Positions 61,184 to 62,120 of a DNA stretch of 62,120 nt are shown piece by piece. The stretch's first letter is position 1. Every line of letters starts with the position of its first letter. Source of the DNA: an uncultured bacterium (GTDB lineage: Bacteria; Bacteroidota; Bacteroidia; Bacteroidales; CAIWKO01); the NCBI GenBank assembly GCA_903862465.1, contig CAIOYH010000068.1, forward strand, positions 66,280 to 128,399, written 5' to 3'. A program made the position numbers and the translations under genes. A model generated the notes under the pieces. It worked only from the letters and a program-made list of their open reading frames with translations. It searched no databases and was not told the origin of the DNA.

Positions 61184-61217
61184 AAAAGGCTTGATTCCGG
61201 GAGGAGTCAAGCCTTTT
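61184..61217 (+). terminator. Intrinsic terminator after the alpha-2-macroglobulin gene
   Basis: AAAAGGCTTGATTCC-GGGA-GGAGTCAAGCCTTTT hairpin. Confidence 0.85.
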
Positions 61218-61230
61218 GTTTTGTTGATAG

Positions 61231-61268
61231 GTTAATTGGTTGATTGAGTCAATTGAGGTTTGAGGATA
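61231..61268 (+). repeat. 38-bp dispersed repeat, copy 2
   Basis: 33/38 identical to 46061-46098. Confidence 0.75.
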
Positions 61269-61310
61269 GCGGATGCAAGGGATGGAAGCTGTGCAAAACC
61301 AGGATGGAAA

Positions 61311-61748
61311 TTACTTGAACTGTGAGAAAATAAATAAAATAGTTATTCCAATGCTTAACCAAATAAAAGAAAATAACGCAAAAAAGCCAGAGCGACGTTT
61401 CATTTCATTAATTTTATCAGTACCTATATCCATATATGTTTTAATAATCATCATGTTTCTTTTTTTATAATTAAAAAATAGTATATGACTCAGCATAAAG
61501 AAAACCATTAAAACACTCCCAATAATTACTGAAAAATCGTCAAAATTAAAACACTTCTGATTTATTGAATCGGTAATTGGCTTTATAATTATTGTAAAAC
61601 CAATTAGTATTGGAATAATAATAACCATTAGGCAAATTGATAATAGTATTTCACCATGATATTTTGAATCCACTTCATCACGTGAGTTTTTGCTATACAT
61701 AAAAAACCCAAAATAAAGCTTTTCGTAAAAAGTTATTATTCTTTTCAT
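61311..61748 (-). CDS. Hypothetical membrane protein (3 TM)
   Basis: AT-rich ORF with three hydrophobic segments; ATG 61748 preferred over TTG 61778. Confidence 0.6.
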   Translation of the reverse strand: MKRIITFYEKLYFGFFMYSKNSRDEVDSKYHGEILLSICLMVIIIPILIGFTIIIKPITDSINQKCFNFDDFSVIIGSVLMVFFMLSHILFFNYKKRNMMIIKTYMDIGTDKINEMKRRSGFFALFSFIWLSIGITILFIFSQFK

Positions 61749-61776
61749 ACTCTTAAAAATTTCCTCAAAAGTAAAC

Positions 61777-61812
61777 AAAAAAGGCTTCCCTAATTAAGCG
61801 AAGCCTTTTTTT
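61777..61812 (-). terminator. Intrinsic (likely bidirectional) terminator after H4
   Basis: AAAAAAGGCTTC...GAAGCCTTTTTT hairpin. Confidence 0.85.
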
Positions 61813-61838
61813 TATTTCTCGGTAGAAATAGATTTTAA

Positions 61839-62120
61839 TTATAATGGAATGGTAGCTATATCCGAACGGATACCAATTTCTTCGTCGTTTAAGACTAAGA
61901 AGACATAATATTGACGTTGTTCGGATGTGGCTCCGCCAATATTTGGACGTGTGTCAATGGTATGAGGATGGGTAACATGTTTTAAATAAGTGAAAGCTGT
62001 TTCACTTCCGCGTTTGCAATAAATATTGCCACCTTCGGCATGTTCTAATGTAAATTTAATGTCCACACCGTTAGGTGCGACAGCCAATTTAACCGTAGTT
62101 TTTACGGTCATAGGGTCGAA
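61839..62120 (-). CDS. Hypothetical protein H4, C-terminal beta-sandwich part (start lies beyond the right edge)
   Basis: Frame is open to the window edge (FDPMTVK...); GGNIYCKRG...YLK...DTRP...EQRQYY...DEEIGIRSD looks like a real Fn3-like C-terminal domain; followed by a terminator. Confidence 0.7.
   Translation of the reverse strand, partial: FDPMTVKTTVKLAVAPNGVDIKFTLEHAEGGNIYCKRGSETAFTYLKHVTHPHTIDTRPNIGGATSEQRQYYVFLVLNDEEIGIRSDIATIPL

Noticed and set aside
592-61470. The many short antisense or out-of-frame ORFs in the ORF track (for example 7453-8778, 27568-28161, 59059-59496)
   Set aside because: They overlap confidently identified genes and show no recognisable motifs; treated as shadow ORFs.
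1-62120. Window as a circle: the H1 fragment joins H4 in frame across the ends (...AAAHPD|FDPMTV...)
   Set aside because: An in-frame join has about a 1-in-3 chance; there is no terminal overlap, and the content is chromosomal core genes. Reads spanning the junction would overturn this.

Overview
This is 62 kb of a Bacteroidota chromosome, judged from a SusC/SusD pair, GldH, T9SS sorting signals and TAnnTTTG/TTTG promoters. It is probably origin-proximal: an AT-rich nadA-rpiB gap carries about 9 DnaA-box-like 9-mers, and two parS sites flank mnmG. Core genes (dtd, fumC, rnr, nadA, rpiB, lutB, korAB, ybeY, mnmG, uvrC, gldH, RNase H, comF) are interleaved with small accessory inserts: an MNT-HEPN toxin-antitoxin pair, an EcoRV-like restriction-modification operon, a SIR2-like orphan, a serpin and an alpha-2-macroglobulin. 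The most unusual signal is five unrelated, indel-free tandem arrays with periods of 21, 43, 42, 22 and 21 bp (about 2 or 4 helical turns). The three 21-22 bp arrays have palindromic cores, and each sits beside a stand-alone uncharacterised gene with its own consensus promoter element. The two complete genes look like an N-terminal helical region plus a C-terminal beta-sandwich. A fourth gene of similar type is cut by the right edge. This looks like a recurring 'orphan gene + phased repeat array' cassette that I cannot assign to a known system. No tRNA, rRNA, CRISPR array, integrase or transposase is visible. All family calls come from motif recognition by eye; no database searches were run.
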